From a virus, in IMG/VR virus record IMGVR_UViG_3300047557_002951, positions 1 to 64,000 of that record: DNA of 64,000 bases. One strand, given 5' to 3'. The notes beneath the pieces were generated by a model. It was not told where the DNA came from, searched no databases, and saw only the letters and a list, made by a program, of their open reading frames with translations. Below are positions 17,177-30,193 of the stretch, one piece after another. Positions within the stretch are counted from its first letter, which is position 1, and every line of letters begins with the position of its first letter. Position numbers and translations under genes: made by a program.

Positions 17177-20139
17177 TCAAAGAAGAACAAGTGGAATAAT
17201 CTTGAGTTAGTTATATGAGTTCCAAAGTACTCATTTGCAGAATGAATACACTTTGCATCAAAGAGTACAAGGCGATTGAAGACATTACCTGCAGTATCTA
17301 CAAGTTCAAATTTTGTTCTATCATAGAAACCAGTTTCTCCAAATACATCAACATCTCCAAAGTCATTTTCATTTCTTAGACCAGTTCTCTTATGAGCAAA
17401 GAGTGAGGTTCCACAAGAAACAGGAGCATCGGGAGTAAGATAAACCATTCCAGCAAGAGTTTGTCCATCGCAATGATAAACCAAATCATCCTGTGCAGTA
17501 CAGTACTGAAATCTACCACACATTCCGTGAGTTTCAGTCCAGTTTGTAATCTTCTTACCAATAATCTTTTCAAATGCTTCCTTGGTTCCAGGAACAATAA
17601 ACTGATTTTTAGAACGATTGCCCTTGTAGTAATCTAAGTTTTCTTCAAACTCTTGATTGAGTGCAAACTCACGAACTGCATAAGGGTCAGCATAGAAATC
17701 ATCAACTATCCAGAATCTTGGTTTTTCATTTGCATTCACGCCAAGTTCTTCAATAGAATTTGCTGGACTTGCAAATTGCTTTGGTTCTTGTGAAGTGAGT
17801 TCAAGTGCAAGATTATGAAGTTGCTCTGGTACAGGACCACTATCATAATATAGATTAGTATCAATAAGGAAATAATAATCTGGAAAAGGAAGTTTTCTTT
17901 CTGGTTGCATCAATCTTGTGGTCTGCTCAAGCATCTTAGTATACTGTCCAAGTTGATGATAGATGCGAGCAAGGCAAACAATATGCTCATTTCTTATGGG
18001 ACAGAAACTTTCTGCATCTTTATAATAGAAGATTGCTTTTTCTGTATCTCCAAGAAACTTATAGCATTCTCCAATAGAAAATGTTGCATAATAGCACATT
18101 TCATTAATGCCTCTTTGAAGATTGCCTCTCTGGTGAAGAACATCAATATACTGCTCAAAATAAAAGATTGCGCGTCTTGCAAATTCCTTTGAGTGATGTT
18201 CTGCAAGTGGATAAAAGTCTCCACCGAAACAATCCATATAACTCTTACCAGTATACCAGAAGTGGTACATATCCGTGAGCATCGTATCTTCACGAATCAA
18301 TTTTTCTTCTAGTTTTAGAGCATCACTTATGTACTTAGTTCTTACTGTATAACTTTCTCCATCTGGAGTTCCAATCATCCTTAAACCTCTTGGGAGGTCA
18401 GTCACTTGGAAGTTTTCTCCAGTCACTCCATCATTCAGATAGATACACTCATGCGCCACATCATGCTTAAATTTCCAAGGTAGTTTTGCATTCCAAATCC
18501 AAGCACGATAATACATGCATCCTGGACTTTGGGCAGTAACATGAAAACTTTGGATATTTGTATCATAAAAATAAGACCAATCAAAGTTTTCATCAACTTC
18601 TAGATATTCATCGCAATCCATTTTCATGATCCAATCACAACCATGATCATTGCGAAGTGTAGTTTGGAGAAGGTGATCACGGTTCCAACCAAATCCTACC
18701 CAACCTTCTTCCACTTCATAAATGAATCCTGGAATGTTCTTGTCTGCAAAAAATTCACGAACAATATCTGGAGTTCCATCAGTTGAACCATTATCTTGGA
18801 ACACATAAAAATCAATATGTCTCCAAACAGACTCAAGCATTCGGCGCATACCTTTTGCTTCGTTCTTAAACATAGAAATCATACAAATGTTTGTACGAAT
18901 TTCTTGTCCAGTCTTATGAGCACGGAGGAAGTTATAGTATCCTAGATATTGATCTAATTTTTTAACAGAACCTTGTTTTGCTGCTTCTTCTGCATAAATT
19001 CCGTCTGCTTCATAGATATGTTCAAAGCGAAGATTCTTTGCGACACTCCAACGAACCATATACTGTGAAGTGTCAATGGTTGCAATTTTTGGAGTATCTG
19101 TTGGTTCTGTTCTTGGTTCTTCATTTGCCCAAACCTGACCCCAAGTAATTACGGCATCCTGAGAATTTAAATGAGATTGAATTGTATTCCACCAGTTTGG
19201 GTGAATAACATTATCGTCGTCTAGAATATAAATCCAATCATTATCACTTGGATTGAGATTATTTTTAATGTATTCTAGACCAATATTGCGGTTTGGATTA
19301 CCCCAAAGTCCAGTTTCATTGGATTTGATAACCGTTGCATTTGGGATATTATGCTCATTTTTTACTGTCTTATCAAATACAACAACCCATTCACATTCTT
19401 GTGGGACAGTCTTTGAAATAAACTCTAGGTTAAAAGGTCTCCGAGAAGGAGTTACAATAAAGATTTTTGATTGGCCACTTCGTTGAACTTTTACTTCATT
19501 TCTTTTCAATACTAAAAGTTTATCATTATCCCAACCAGGAGAATATTTATTTTCATGTTCTGTAGTAACAAATGCAATTTCGCTGAAATATTTTTCAAAA
19601 TCTTTTAATTCTTGTTTATAATCTTCTTCATCTCTATTTCTAAAAATATCTTCAATTACAAGAATAGCACCTGGATTTAAGTAATCTATACTATTTTTTA
19701 TGAATCTTATTTGATCTTCGAAAATATGTGTCGAATCTTCAATAATGATATCATATTTTACATTTGATTTTTTGAGAACATTAGCAATAGAACTTTCGTC
19801 CTGAATATTCATGCTCTCATAAACAACATCTGTTAAATTTTGACTTCTTGCATTTTGAATGTATTCTTCATTATATTCGTATCCATAAATTTTTGCTAAT
19901 GGAAAATATCTTCTCCAGATATTAATGGAATCATTTTTTTCAATACCAATCTCAGCAATATTAATTACTTCATCTCTTAAATGAGAAAATAACTGATCAT
20001 AGACTGGTGTGTATGGGTGTCTATGTCCGCTTGTAGTATTCTGGGAATATGGACATTTATCACTATTAAATGCCATTCCAATTTTGCAAAGATTTGATAC
20101 TTTTCCAGTAGTATCAAGAGTAATAGATTCAAATGTCAT
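17173..20139 (-). CDS. multidomain protein: methyltransferase + GT-A (GT43-like) + GT2 + TPR + 2OG-Fe(II) oxygenase-like
   Basis: AEIGI..DIIIEDSTH..LNPGAILVIED; IVTPS..NRNIGL..YILDDDN; FKNE..DNGSTDGT..MDCDE; TPR-like helices; VDDFY..YHCD..GTSL..FNRLVLF..HSA..R. Confidence 0.8.
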   Translation of the reverse strand: MTFESITLDTTGKVSNLCKIGMAFNSDKCPYSQNTTSGHRHPYTPVYDQLFSHLRDEVINIAEIGIEKNDSINIWRRYFPLAKIYGYEYNEEYIQNARSQNLTDVVYESMNIQDESSIANVLKKSNVKYDIIIEDSTHIFEDQIRFIKNSIDYLNPGAILVIEDIFRNRDEEDYKQELKDFEKYFSEIAFVTTEHENKYSPGWDNDKLLVLKRNEVKVQRSGQSKIFIVTPSRRPFNLEFISKTVPQECEWVVVFDKTVKNEHNIPNATVIKSNETGLWGNPNRNIGLEYIKNNLNPSDNDWIYILDDDNVIHPNWWNTIQSHLNSQDAVITWGQVWANEEPRTEPTDTPKIATIDTSQYMVRWSVAKNLRFEHIYEADGIYAEEAAKQGSVKKLDQYLGYYNFLRAHKTGQEIRTNICMISMFKNEAKGMRRMLESVWRHIDFYVFQDNGSTDGTPDIVREFFADKNIPGFIYEVEEGWVGFGWNRDHLLQTTLRNDHGCDWIMKMDCDEYLEVDENFDWSYFYDTNIQSFHVTAQSPGCMYYRAWIWNAKLPWKFKHDVAHECIYLNDGVTGENFQVTDLPRGLRMIGTPDGESYTVRTKYISDALKLEEKLIREDTMLTDMYHFWYTGKSYMDCFGGDFYPLAEHHSKEFARRAIFYFEQYIDVLHQRGNLQRGINEMCYYATFSIGECYKFLGDTEKAIFYYKDAESFCPIRNEHIVCLARIYHQLGQYTKMLEQTTRLMQPERKLPFPDYYFLIDTNLYYDSGPVPEQLHNLALELTSQEPKQFASPANSIEELGVNANEKPRFWIVDDFYADPYAVREFALNQEFEENLDYYKGNRSKNQFIVPGTKEAFEKIIGKKITNWTETHGMCGRFQYCTAQDDLVYHCDGQTLAGMVYLTPDAPVSCGTSLFAHKRTGLRNENDFGDVDVFGETGFYDRTKFELVDTAGNVFNRLVLFDAKCIHSANEYFGTHITNSRLFHLFFFD

Positions 20140-20846
20140 AGTTTCACTCTCTCTTCAATCAGTCTTAAAATTTCAGGATTGTTTTCTTGTTCTTTTGTGG
20201 GAGCATAAAGTGCTCTGAGTCTTGTGTCAGTTTTTTCTGGGGGATCCGTAAGATAATAAACTGCCAAACTTCTTCTATATGTATTCTCTGGGCAAGTGAT
20301 TGGTTCTGGAAACCCATGCCATGAGTTTTGAGTTGTGTCAAATAATACTGCACGGTTAAAAATATTATCTACCGTGACTATTTTTTTATTAGGTTTTTTT
20401 GTTTGTGAGTTGTGAGACCATAATTCTAAATTACCTCCCCACTTACTGTCCCAGTCTTCTGTTAGATATAAAATAAGATTTAATTTTCTTTGAAGTTTAA
20501 GTTTTGGGTGAAGTGAATAATCTAAATGTATATTTAATTTCCCCCCTGTTCCCATCATATGTAGACCACCGCCATGGAGACCAATATCTGGATATAAATT
20601 TTTTATTCCAGTAATTTTTTTAAGATACTCAATATAGATTGGCGAATTTAAATAAGAAAATAATCTATAAGTTTCTATCCCAAAATAATACCAATTATTG
20701 CAAGTTCTTTTGACTTCTAATGGATTATTATACTCAAACCAAACTGGAGAGTGATAATCTGGAAATTCTTTGGAAATTATTTTTGCTTTTTCTATATCCA
20801 AAAAATTATCAAGGATATGATGATAAAAAGGAAAATTTGACTCCAT
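20136..20846 (-). CDS. 2OG-Fe(II) oxygenase, prolyl-hydroxylase-like family
   Basis: LNIHLD (HxD), LNLILYL, WGGNLELW, FNRAVLF, SWHG, RRSLAVYY. Confidence 0.88.
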   Translation of the reverse strand: MESNFPFYHHILDNFLDIEKAKIISKEFPDYHSPVWFEYNNPLEVKRTCNNWYYFGIETYRLFSYLNSPIYIEYLKKITGIKNLYPDIGLHGGGLHMMGTGGKLNIHLDYSLHPKLKLQRKLNLILYLTEDWDSKWGGNLELWSHNSQTKKPNKKIVTVDNIFNRAVLFDTTQNSWHGFPEPITCPENTYRRSLAVYYLTDPPEKTDTRLRALYAPTKEQENNPEILRLIEERVKL

Positions 20847-20960
20847 TCAGTCGTTCTCAAATCATAATACTGTATGTTTATTTATTTTGGTTTTTAAAAA
20901 CATATTTCTGTGAGAGATTCTCCAATAATACCATTTAAAGTTGACACTTATAATATTATT

Positions 20961-21833
20961 TTATAAATTTAGGTTATCTTTTAAATTTTTGATTTCTTCC
21001 TTGAGAATATGTATCTTTTTATCTTGTTCTTTAATTGCTTCAATTAAGACAGCAACAATGTTTCCATAAGAAACTGTTTTTAATCCTTTAGCATTTGTAG
21101 TTACAACTTCTGGTAATACTTTTTCAATTTCTTGTGCAATTACACCGATTGATGACTTATTATGTTTATCAATCCAATCATAACGAACTCCTTTAAGTTG
21201 ATTTATAAGATCTAATGCATTTTCAATTGATCTTATATTTTCTTTTTGTGTTTGGTCAGAGAGTGATGTAAATACAGTAGCATAAAGAGTTCCAGAACTT
21301 GGTTGAAATTCTAATTTGTTATCTGCTGCATATGTTGCCGTAGGAGTTCCACTTGCAACATCAGTGAATGTCGGAAAGAAAATATTAGATGATGATATTT
21401 CTGCAGTAATTGTTGAAGAGCCGCCACCCGAAGCACCTTGAACTCCTTGTGCACCTTGAACTCCTTGTGCACCTTGCGTTCCGGCACCTTGTGCCCCCTG
21501 AGCACCTTGAGCACCTTGAACACCTTGTGCACCTTGAACACCTTGTGCACCTTGAACACCTTGTGCACCTTGAACACCTTGTGCACCTTGAACACCTTGT
21601 GCACCTTGAACACCTTGTGCACCTTGGACTCCTTGTGCACCTTGAACACCTTGTGCACCTTGAACACCTTGTGCACCTTGGACTCCTTGAGCTCCTTGGA
21701 CTCCCTGGGCACCTTGAGCACCTTGGCGACCTTGGGCTCCTTGTGCACCTTGAGCACCAATAGCACCTTGGACACCTTGAGGTCCTGTAGATCCTACAAA
21801 ATTTCCGCCAATAATAGAACTTAAGGTTGCCAT
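20961..21833 (-). CDS. short Gly-X-Gln collagen-like protein with peptidase S74 chaperone
   Basis: About 40 GXQ triplets after a very short N-terminus; LSDQTQK, GVIAQE, LIEAIKE. Confidence 0.88.
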   Translation of the reverse strand: MATLSSIIGGNFVGSTGPQGVQGAIGAQGAQGAQGRQGAQGAQGVQGAQGVQGAQGVQGAQGVQGAQGVQGAQGVQGAQGVQGAQGVQGAQGVQGAQGVQGAQGVQGAQGAQGAQGAGTQGAQGVQGAQGVQGASGGGSSTITAEISSSNIFFPTFTDVASGTPTATYAADNKLEFQPSSGTLYATVFTSLSDQTQKENIRSIENALDLINQLKGVRYDWIDKHNKSSIGVIAQEIEKVLPEVVTTNAKGLKTVSYGNIVAVLIEAIKEQDKKIHILKEEIKNLKDNLNL

Positions 21834-21835
21834 AT

Positions 21836-24800
21836 TTAGTCTTTTATCTTTTTACTTAACTCTTTAATCGCTTCAATTAAAATTGCAGTAATACCGTTGT
21901 AGTTCACGGTTTTTTCTCCATTTACTTCTGAAACAAGTTCTGGGAATATTTTTTCCAAATCTTGAGCAATAATTCCCACGGATGGTTTATCATTACTCTT
22001 CCACTTAAACGAAACTCCTTTAAGTTGCTGTACTTTATTTATAGAATTATCAATAACTTTAATATCTTTTTTTAGTTTTAAATCTGATGTTGAATTAAAA
22101 TCTGTTGCCGTAAGAGTTCCTGTGCTAGGGACAAAACTAAATGCAGTTGCAGTAGTTCTTATTTTTGCTGTATTTGAACCTGTTCCCGCAACAAATACTG
22201 GATAATGTGTAGATGCTGTCGTATCATTTGTTGCATTTATGTTAATTGCGGCATTTCCTGCGGCGGATGAAGTAAATATTTCCCATGTTGTTCCATCATA
22301 TATGACATCTACTGATATATTTCCAATATCTAAGACTAAATCTTCCGCAAGACCCTCGATAGTTGAAAGATTTCTTCCTACTGTTAAGTTTGTTGTAGTC
22401 CAATTAGCACCATCTGCAATAGTGACACTGTGTCCTGTTGAAGGACTTGCTGGTAAGGTAATAGTAAATGTACCTCCAGATGTATCCGCAATTAATCTAT
22501 CACCATTAACTGCGGTATAGTTTGCAGTTTTTCTTGACCAAGCATTTATTCCTGTGGCACCTTGAACACCTTGTGCACCTTGAACACCTTGTGCACCTTG
22601 GACTCCTTGAGCTCCTTGGACTCCCTGGGCACCTTGTACTCCTTGAGCACCTTGAGCACCTAATGCACCTTGAACACCTTGTGCACCTTGGACTCCTTGT
22701 GCACCTTGGACTCCTTGTGCACCTTGAACACCTTGTGCACCTTGGACTCCTTGTGCACCTTGTGCACCCTGTGCTCCTCTATCGCCAGTTCTTGAGAATT
22801 GAACTGTTAATGTAGCACCATTTGCAGGTAATGAACCAGAAATATGAGAGACTGTAATTTTATAGTATCCTACTGCAGCAGCAATGGCAGTAACACTCCA
22901 GGTATTTACTACCGTACTTGCTGCTGTTGCTCCAGTAATTGTTAAGTAACCCTTTTGTATATTGGTTGAGTCATCCCAAGTATCATACCAAGTGGTTTGA
23001 ACATTTGAATTAGAATCATTATTATCAATAAAGATTGTATTTACTGAACCTATTGTTGCATTATTATATGCGATAACTCCATTACCTGGATCTGCATCAG
23101 TTGTAGTCGTACTGAATGTATATGGGGTTCCTCCTTTATTTCCATTAGCACCTTGAACGCCTTGAGCACCTTGAACGCCTTGAGCACCTTGAACACCTTG
23201 TGCCCCCTGAACACCTTGTGCTCCTTGTGCACCTTGGGCACCTTGGGCTCCTTGGGCTCCTTGAGCTCCTTGACGACCTTGTGCGCCTTGAGCCCCCACA
23301 GCACCCTGGACTCCTTGGGCACCTTGAACACCTTGAGCTCCTTGGACTCCTTGAGCTCCTTGGACTCCCTGGGCACCTTGTACTCCTTGAGCACCTTGAG
23401 CTCCTTGAACTCCTTGTGCTCCTTGTGCGCCTTGAGCACCTTGTGCGCCTTGAGCACCTTGTGCGCCTTGAGCCCCCACAGCACCCTGGACTCCTTGGGC
23501 ACCTTGAACACCTTGAGCTCCTTGGACTCCTTGTGCACCTTGAACACCTTGAGCTCCTTGGACTCCTTGTGCACCTTGAACACCTTGTAACGCTGCAGTA
23601 GAAATTGCCTCCCATTTGATTCCAGTTCCAGTAGAAATGAGAACTGATGTAGCAGCACCTACATTATTAAAAGTATCATAGAGTGCTCCTCTTAATCTTA
23701 AGTTTCCGCTAATGTCAACTTTTTGTGTTGGATTTGTTGTTCCAAATCCAGTATTTCCACCAAAAGGTGCTATCTCTACAGTTCCATCGGCATCTACATC
23801 AATGCTGGGAATACCAGAAACATCATTAACACTAAAAATAGAACCACTAGTAAGATTATTTGTAATACTGAATAACTGACCAGCAGAACCTTCCCAAGAA
23901 AGAGTTCCATTATTTAAAATATCATAGTGAACAATATCAATGACAGTTCCAATACCAACAGTTCCTACACCAGATACTGGACTTGTGTAGGTGAGACTTG
24001 TGGAACCAGTTGGATTATTAGATGCATCTTTATATACAATTTGATTTGCAGAACCTGCTACTGGTCCTGTAGCACCCTGGACTCCTTGAGCACCTTGAAC
24101 ACCTTGTGCACCTTGAACTCCTTGAGCTCCTTGAACACCTTGTGCGCCTTGGGCACCCTGTGCTCCTTGTGCACCTTGACGACCTTGTGCTCCTTGAGCA
24201 CCCACAGAACCTTGAACTCCTTGTGCGCCCTGGACTCCTTGTGCGCCCTGGACTCCTTGAGAACCAACAGCACCTTGAATTCCTTGAGCACCCTGTACTC
24301 CTTGTGCACCTTGAATGCCTTGTGCGCCTTGGACTCCCTGGGCACCTTGAACTCCTTGAGCACCCTGGACCCCTTGTGCACCTTGGACCCCTTGAGCTCC
24401 TTGAACACCTTGAGCACCTTGAACTCCTTGAGCACCTTGAACTCCTTGAGCACCTTGAACTCCTTGAGCACCTTGAACTCCTTGAGCACCAACTGCCCCC
24501 TGAACTCCTTGTGCACCTTGTACTCCTTGTGCACCTTGTACTCCTTGTGCTCCTTGAGCGCCAGTATCTCCTTTATCACCAGTTCTTGCGAAAGTGATTA
24601 TAATATCTTCTAAATTGGTAAATGATGTTGCGCTACCAGAAACATAAGAACAATTGACATCGAAATATCCAGTTTGTTCTGTTATAGATGAAATAGTAAA
24701 TAGAGCAAAATCTGCTGCATTAAGACGATTGGATATTCTAAAGTGACCTTTAATGGTGGAAGTAGAATCGTCAATTGTTCTTAAGAAGGTTTGAATATCT

Positions 24801-27800
24801 GTAGTTCCATCATTCTGATCATCAATATACATTAAAGTTGCTAATGAAATATTAGCATTATTAAATCTAAGTTTTCCTACTCCTGGGTCCCCTGCTGTGG
24901 TTGTAGTGTCAAAAGTATAATCAAATGTAGCACCACCAAAGTTTCCATCATTACCTTGAGCGCCTTGTACTCCTTGAGCACCCTGGACACCTTGTGCCCC
25001 CTGAACACCTTGAGCACCTTGAGCACCTTGAACACCTTGAGCACCTTGAGCGCCTTGTGCACCCTGAGCACCCACAGAACCTTGAACACCTTGAGCACCT
25101 TGGACTCCTTGTGCTCCTTGGACACCCTGTGCTCCTTGGACACCCTGTGCTCCTTGTGCACCTTGAGCACCCTGGACTCCTTGAGGTCCAGTGGCACCTT
25201 GTACTCCTTGTGCACCTTGAATTCCTTGAGCACCTTGAACTCCTTGAGGTCCTGTAGCACCCTGGACACCTTGAGCGCCTTGAATTCCTTGTGCACCCTG
25301 GACACCTTGAGCACCTTGAACTCCTTGAGCACCCTGGACTCCTTGTGCTCCTTGAACACCTTGAGCACCTTGAGCACCTTGGGCACCTTGGGCTCCTTGG
25401 GCTCCTTGAGCACCTTGGGCACCTATATTGCCAGTTCTTGTGAATTGAACGGATAATAAAGCACTATTAGTTGGCAAAATTCCAGATACATATGCTACTG
25501 GAATTTTATAATACCCTGCAGCAACAGTAACTACTCCAGTTACGCTAAAAACATTGACCGTTGTTCCAGAAGAAGTGCCAGAAGTTATATAAAGATATCC
25601 TCTTTGAGTAGCATTAGTGGAATCATCCCAAGTATCGTACCAAGTAGTTTGTGTATTCCCTAATTGATCAAGGTTATCAATAAAAATATTAGTTACAGAT
25701 GCTATTGTAGCATTATTATATTGAAGAACACCATTCCCAGGATCAGCATCAGTAACTGTGGTACTAAAGGTATAAGGAACTCCACCTCTGTTACCTAGTG
25801 CTCCTTGAACCCCTTGTGCACCCTGGACACCTTGAGCACCTTGAACTCCTTGAGCACCTTGAACTCCTTGAGCACCTTGAACTCCTTGTGCTCCTTGAAC
25901 ACCTTGGGCACCTTGAGCTCCTTGAACTCCTTGAGCACCTTGGGCACCTTGAGCTCCTTGAACTCCTTGAGCACCCTGGACCCCTTGTGCACCTTGAACA
26001 CCTTGAGCCCCCTGGACCCCTTGTGCACCCTGGACACCTTGAGCTCCCTGTGCACCTTGAGCTCCCTGTGCACCTTGAGCACCTTGAGCACCTTGAGCAC
26101 CAACAGCACCCTGGACTCCCTGGGAACCTTGAACACCTTGAGCACCTTGAACTCCTTGTGCACCTTGAACTCCTTGAGCACCCTGGACACCTTGTGCTCC
26201 TTGTACTCCTTGAGCACCTTGAGCGCCTACAGCACCTTGAACTCCTTGTGCTCCTTGTGCACCTTGGACTCCTTGAGCACCTTGGACTCCTTGAGCACCC
26301 TGAACACCTTGAGCTCCTTGGACTCCTTGAGCACCCTGTGCTCCTTGTGCTCCTTGAGCGCCTTGTGCTCCTTGTCTACCTTGTGCGCCTTGAGCACCAA
26401 CAGCACCCTGGACTCCCTGGGCACCTTGTGCACCTTGGACACCTTGAGCACCCTGAGGTCCTTGGAGAGCAGCCTGTTGAATATTAGCCCAAGAAACACC
26501 AACACCAGTGGAAATGAGAACTGAAGAGGCAGTGCCTACTTGTCCATAAAAATCTTTTAAAGAACTATCAAGTTCTAAAGTTCCTCCAAAAGTGGAAACT
26601 CCAGTTACATTAATAGTTGGAACAATGAGATTTGTATCGGTAACTTGCATACCACCAGCAGCAAGTCTTACTCCTAGTGGAATTTGAGTAGAACCAATAC
26701 CAACACCATAATTAAATATCCAAGCATCAGTATTCAATCCAGCAAAAGATCCAGACTTAAACCACATTAACTGCTTGTAAGTATCTGGTGTTATTTCTCC
26801 TGCAGTAGATAACTTAACTAATGGACTACCCTCAGTAGAAGCAATCGCAATACCTCCAGTATTTGCTGTGGTATCTGTGGAAACATCATTACCTAGAGCA
26901 TTGGTAACAATGCCAACTACTAGGTCCTTATCCTTGATTCTTAGTTCGTTAGATATAATATACGATGATGTACCACCGATTGTAATGTTTCCACCGACAT
27001 AAAGGTTAGAACCATCAAAAGTTAAATTAACAGATCCAGTGGGATTATTGGATCCATCTTTATAAACAATTTGATTTGCAGATCCTGCTACTGGTCCTGT
27101 AGCACCCTGAACTCCTTGAGCACCTTGAACACCTTGAGCTCCTTGGACTCCCTGTGCACCTTGTGCTCCTTGTGCTCCTTGTGCACCTTGACGACCTTGT
27201 GCTCCTTGAGCACCCACAGAACCTTGAACTCCTTGTGCGCCCTGGACTCCTTGTGCGCCCTGGACTCCTTGAGCACCTTGAACTCCTTGAGCACCTTGAA
27301 CTCCTTGAGCACCTTGAACACCTTGAGCTCCTTGAGCACCCTGGACCCCTTGTGCACCTTGGACTCCTTGTGCACCTTGGACTCCTTGTGCACCTTGAAC
27401 TCCTTGAGCACCCTGGACCCCTTGTGCACCTTGAACTCCTTGAGCACCCTGGACCCCTTGTGCACCTTGGACCCCTTGAGCTCCTTGAACACCTTGAGCA
27501 CCTTGAACTCCTTGAGCACCTTGAACTCCTTGAGCACCTTGAACTCCTTGAGCACCAACTGCCCCCTGAACTCCTTGTGCACCTTGAACTCCTTGTGCTC
27601 CTTGAACTCCTTGTGCTCCTTGAGCGCCAACTGCTCCCTGAACTCCTTGCGCACCCTGAGTACCTTGTGCTCCAACATTACCAGTTCTCGTAAATTGAAC
27701 GGATAATAAAGCACTATTAGTTGGTAAAATTCCAGATACATATGCTACTGGAATTTTATAGTAAGTGGTTGCATTAACTACTGCGCCTGTAACACTAAAA

Positions 27801-30193
27801 ACATTAACTGTTGTTCCAGAAGAAGTGCCAGAAGTTATATAAAGATATCCTCTTTGAGTAGTATTAGTAGAATCATCCCAAGTATCATACCAAGTAGTTT
27901 GATTATTACTTAATTGGTCTAAATTATCGATGAAGATATTAGTTACAGAAGCAATAGTAGCATTATTATATTGAAGAACACCATTGCCAGGGTCGGTATC
28001 AGTAACAGTTGTACTGAAAGTGTAAGGAACTCCACCTCTGTTACCTAGAGCACCTTGTGCACCTTGAGCACCCTGGACACCTTGTGCCCCCTGAACACCT
28101 TGAGCTCCTTGTGCACCTTGAGCACCTTGGACACCTTGAGCACCTTGAGCACCTTGTGCCCCCTGAACACCTTGTGCTCCTTGTGCACCTTGTGCACCTT
28201 GAGCACCTTGGACACCTTGTGCCCCCTGAACACCTTGTGCTCCTTGTGCACCTTGAGCACCTTGAACACCTTGAGCACCTTGAACACCTTGAGCACCTTG
28301 AATACCTTGTGCACCTTGAATACCTTGTGCACCTTGTGCACCTTGAACTCCTTGAGCACCTTGAACACCTTGTGCCCCCTGAACACCTTGTGCTCCTTGT
28401 GCACCTTGAGCACCTTGGACACCTTGAGCACCTTGAACGCCTTGAGATCCTACAGCGCCTTGAATACCTTGTGCACCTTGAATGCCTTGTGCTCCTTGAG
28501 CGCCAACTGCCCCCTGAACTCCTTGAGCACCTTGAGCACCTTGTCTACCTTGTGCTCCTTGAGCACCAACAGCACCCTGGACTCCCTGGGAACCTTGAAC
28601 TCCTTGAGCACCTTGAACCCCTTGAGCACCCTGGACACCCTGAGCACCTTGTACTCCTTGAGCACCTTGTACTCCTTGAGCTCCTTGTACTCCTTGAGCA
28701 CCTTGTACTCCTTGAGCTCCTTGTACTCCTTGAGCTCCTTGGGCACCTACATCTCCCTTATCACCAGTTCTTGCGAAAGTGATTATAATATCTTCTAAAT
28801 TGGTAAATGATGTTGCGCTACCAGAAACATAAGCACAATTTACATCAAAGTATCCAGTTTGTTCTGTAATAGATGAAATCGTAAAAAGAGCAAAATCTGA
28901 TGCATCAAACTTATTTGAAACTCTAAAGTGACCCTTAATTGTTGATGTTGAATCATCAATTGTCCTTAAGAAAGACTGAATATCAGTTGTTCCATCATTC
29001 TGATCATCAATATACATCACAGTTGCAATTGTGATGTTGGCATTATTAAATCTAAGTTTTCCTACTCCTGGGTCCCCTGCTGTGGTTGTAGCATCAAAGG
29101 TATAGTCAAAAGTAGCACCACCAAAGTTTCCATCATTACCTTGAGCGCCTTGTACTCCTTGTGCACCTTGGACTCCTTGAGCACCTTGAACACCTTGAGC
29201 ACCTTGAGCACCTTGAGCACCTTGAGCACCTTGAGCACCTTGAGCGCCTTGTGCACCTTGACGACCTTGTGCTCCCTGAGCACCCACAGAACCTTGAACA
29301 CCTTGAGCACCTTGAACACCTTGTGCACCTTGTACTCCTTGAGCACCCTGGACTCCTTGAGCACCTTGAACGCCTTGAGGTCCTACAGCACCCTGAATAC
29401 CTTGAGCACCCTGAATACCTTGTGCTCCTTGAGCGCCAACTGCTCCCTGAACTCCTTGTGCACCTTGTACTCCTTGTGCTCCTTGAACACCTTGTGCACC
29501 TTGTGCACCTTGAGCACCAACAGCACCTTGAGCACCAACAGCACCTTGGACACCTTGAGCACCTTGAACACCTTGAGAACCTTGAACTCCTTGTGCTCCC
29601 TGCGCACCTTGAGGGCCAACAGCACCTTGAATACCTTGAGTTCCTTGAACTCCTTGGGCACCCTGGACACCTTGTGCTCCTTGGGCACCTTGACGACCTT
29701 GAGCGCCTTGAGCACCTACAGCACCTTGGACTCCTTGGGCACCTTGAGCACCTTGAACACCTTGTGCACCTTGAGGACCAGATTGTTGAGTGAAAGTAAT
29801 ATTCGCAGTAGTTCCATCTGCAGTTGCAGTTACGCCAATACCAATAAAATTAATTGAAGTAAATGTCGTACCAACACTAACACCTTCTTCTTCAACTTCA
29901 ATTCCAGTTAAAGATGTAGCAATAATTTCTTGTATTGTTGAAAGACTGTCAATACTCGTCCAAGTTATTCCACTACCTACAGTAACTAAAATCTGCCCAG
30001 AAGAACCTGAACTATTATTTACATCATATACTGCACCCCTTAATCTCACATCACCAGCAACATCTAAATCTCTGGTTGCGTTGGTAGTTCCAATACCAAC
30101 ATTTCCAACGACCTGCAATACAGTATCGTTCTCTGTATAAGAACTGATACCAATTCTAAGATTTTTTTGACGATTGCTGATATATTTTGCCAT
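21836..30193 (-). CDS. giant collagen-like fibre protein (2785 aa) with repeated globular domains and S74 chaperone
   Basis: Eight (GAQ/GVQ)n tracts separated by seven globular domains; C-terminal [21 protein letters not shown]. Confidence 0.92.
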   Translation of the reverse strand: MAKYISNRQKNLRIGISSYTENDTVLQVVGNVGIGTTNATRDLDVAGDVRLRGAVYDVNNSSGSSGQILVTVGSGITWTSIDSLSTIQEIIATSLTGIEVEEEGVSVGTTFTSINFIGIGVTATADGTTANITFTQQSGPQGAQGVQGAQGAQGVQGAVGAQGAQGRQGAQGAQGVQGAQGVQGTQGIQGAVGPQGAQGAQGVQGSQGVQGAQGVQGAVGAQGAVGAQGAQGAQGVQGAQGVQGAQGVQGAVGAQGAQGIQGAQGIQGAVGPQGVQGAQGVQGAQGVQGAQGVQGAQGVQGSVGAQGAQGRQGAQGAQGAQGAQGAQGAQGAQGVQGAQGVQGAQGVQGAQGNDGNFGGATFDYTFDATTTAGDPGVGKLRFNNANITIATVMYIDDQNDGTTDIQSFLRTIDDSTSTIKGHFRVSNKFDASDFALFTISSITEQTGYFDVNCAYVSGSATSFTNLEDIIITFARTGDKGDVGAQGAQGVQGAQGVQGAQGVQGAQGVQGAQGVQGAQGVQGAQGVQGAQGVQGSQGVQGAVGAQGAQGRQGAQGAQGVQGAVGAQGAQGIQGAQGIQGAVGSQGVQGAQGVQGAQGAQGAQGVQGAQGVQGAQGVQGAQGAQGIQGAQGIQGAQGVQGAQGVQGAQGAQGAQGVQGAQGVQGAQGAQGAQGAQGVQGAQGAQGAQGVQGAQGAQGAQGVQGAQGVQGAQGAQGALGNRGGVPYTFSTTVTDTDPGNGVLQYNNATIASVTNIFIDNLDQLSNNQTTWYDTWDDSTNTTQRGYLYITSGTSSGTTVNVFSVTGAVVNATTYYKIPVAYVSGILPTNSALLSVQFTRTGNVGAQGTQGAQGVQGAVGAQGAQGVQGAQGVQGAQGVQGAVGAQGVQGAQGVQGAQGVQGAQGVQGAQGVQGAQGVQGAQGVQGAQGVQGAQGVQGAQGVQGAQGVQGAQGVQGAQGAQGVQGAQGVQGAQGVQGAQGVQGAQGVQGAQGVQGSVGAQGAQGRQGAQGAQGAQGAQGVQGAQGVQGAQGVQGATGPVAGSANQIVYKDGSNNPTGSVNLTFDGSNLYVGGNITIGGTSSYIISNELRIKDKDLVVGIVTNALGNDVSTDTTANTGGIAIASTEGSPLVKLSTAGEITPDTYKQLMWFKSGSFAGLNTDAWIFNYGVGIGSTQIPLGVRLAAGGMQVTDTNLIVPTINVTGVSTFGGTLELDSSLKDFYGQVGTASSVLISTGVGVSWANIQQAALQGPQGAQGVQGAQGAQGVQGAVGAQGAQGRQGAQGAQGAQGAQGAQGVQGAQGVQGAQGVQGAQGVQGAQGAQGVQGAVGAQGAQGVQGAQGVQGAQGVQGAQGVQGAQGVQGSQGVQGAVGAQGAQGAQGAQGAQGAQGAQGVQGAQGVQGAQGVQGAQGVQGAQGVQGAQGAQGAQGVQGAQGAQGVQGAQGVQGAQGVQGAQGVQGAQGVQGAQGVQGALGNRGGVPYTFSTTVTDADPGNGVLQYNNATIASVTNIFIDNLDQLGNTQTTWYDTWDDSTNATQRGYLYITSGTSSGTTVNVFSVTGVVTVAAGYYKIPVAYVSGILPTNSALLSVQFTRTGNIGAQGAQGAQGAQGAQGAQGAQGVQGAQGVQGAQGVQGAQGVQGAQGIQGAQGVQGATGPQGVQGAQGIQGAQGVQGATGPQGVQGAQGAQGAQGVQGAQGVQGAQGVQGAQGVQGSVGAQGAQGAQGAQGVQGAQGAQGVQGAQGVQGAQGVQGAQGNDGNFGGATFDYTFDTTTTAGDPGVGKLRFNNANISLATLMYIDDQNDGTTDIQTFLRTIDDSTSTIKGHFRISNRLNAADFALFTISSITEQTGYFDVNCSYVSGSATSFTNLEDIIITFARTGDKGDTGAQGAQGVQGAQGVQGAQGVQGAVGAQGVQGAQGVQGAQGVQGAQGVQGAQGVQGAQGVQGAQGVQGAQGVQGAQGVQGAQGIQGAQGVQGAQGIQGAVGSQGVQGAQGVQGAQGVQGSVGAQGAQGRQGAQGAQGAQGAQGVQGAQGVQGAQGVQGAQGVQGATGPVAGSANQIVYKDASNNPTGSTSLTYTSPVSGVGTVGIGTVIDIVHYDILNNGTLSWEGSAGQLFSITNNLTSGSIFSVNDVSGIPSIDVDADGTVEIAPFGGNTGFGTTNPTQKVDISGNLRLRGALYDTFNNVGAATSVLISTGTGIKWEAISTAALQGVQGAQGVQGAQGVQGAQGVQGAQGVQGAQGVQGAVGAQGAQGAQGAQGAQGAQGAQGVQGAQGAQGVQGAQGVQGAQGVQGAQGVQGAQGVQGAVGAQGAQGRQGAQGAQGAQGAQGAQGAQGVQGAQGVQGAQGVQGAQGVQGANGNKGGTPYTFSTTTTDADPGNGVIAYNNATIGSVNTIFIDNNDSNSNVQTTWYDTWDDSTNIQKGYLTITGATAASTVVNTWSVTAIAAAVGYYKITVSHISGSLPANGATLTVQFSRTGDRGAQGAQGAQGVQGAQGVQGAQGVQGAQGVQGAQGVQGALGAQGAQGVQGAQGVQGAQGVQGAQGVQGAQGVQGATGINAWSRKTANYTAVNGDRLIADTSGGTFTITLPASPSTGHSVTIADGANWTTTNLTVGRNLSTIEGLAEDLVLDIGNISVDVIYDGTTWEIFTSSAAGNAAININATNDTTASTHYPVFVAGTGSNTAKIRTTATAFSFVPSTGTLTATDFNSTSDLKLKKDIKVIDNSINKVQQLKGVSFKWKSNDKPSVGIIAQDLEKIFPELVSEVNGEKTVNYNGITAILIEAIKELSKKIKD
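22555..29780. repeat. eight tracts of 9-bp-period coding tandem repeat plus duplicated domains of about 380 bp
   Basis: ccttgagca/ccttgaact-type units; domain A about 28750-29140 and 24565-24955; domain B about 27675-28050, 25425-25797 and a divergent copy at 22775-23148. Confidence 0.95.

Noticed and set aside
21311-29857. Many long overlapping ORFs (HLEHLELL.., TLNSLSTL.., KVLKEFKV.., RCSRR..)
   Set aside because: They are alternate-frame and antisense shadows of the 9-bp Gly-X-Gln repeat; they begin and end with the collagen tracts and lack independent expression signals
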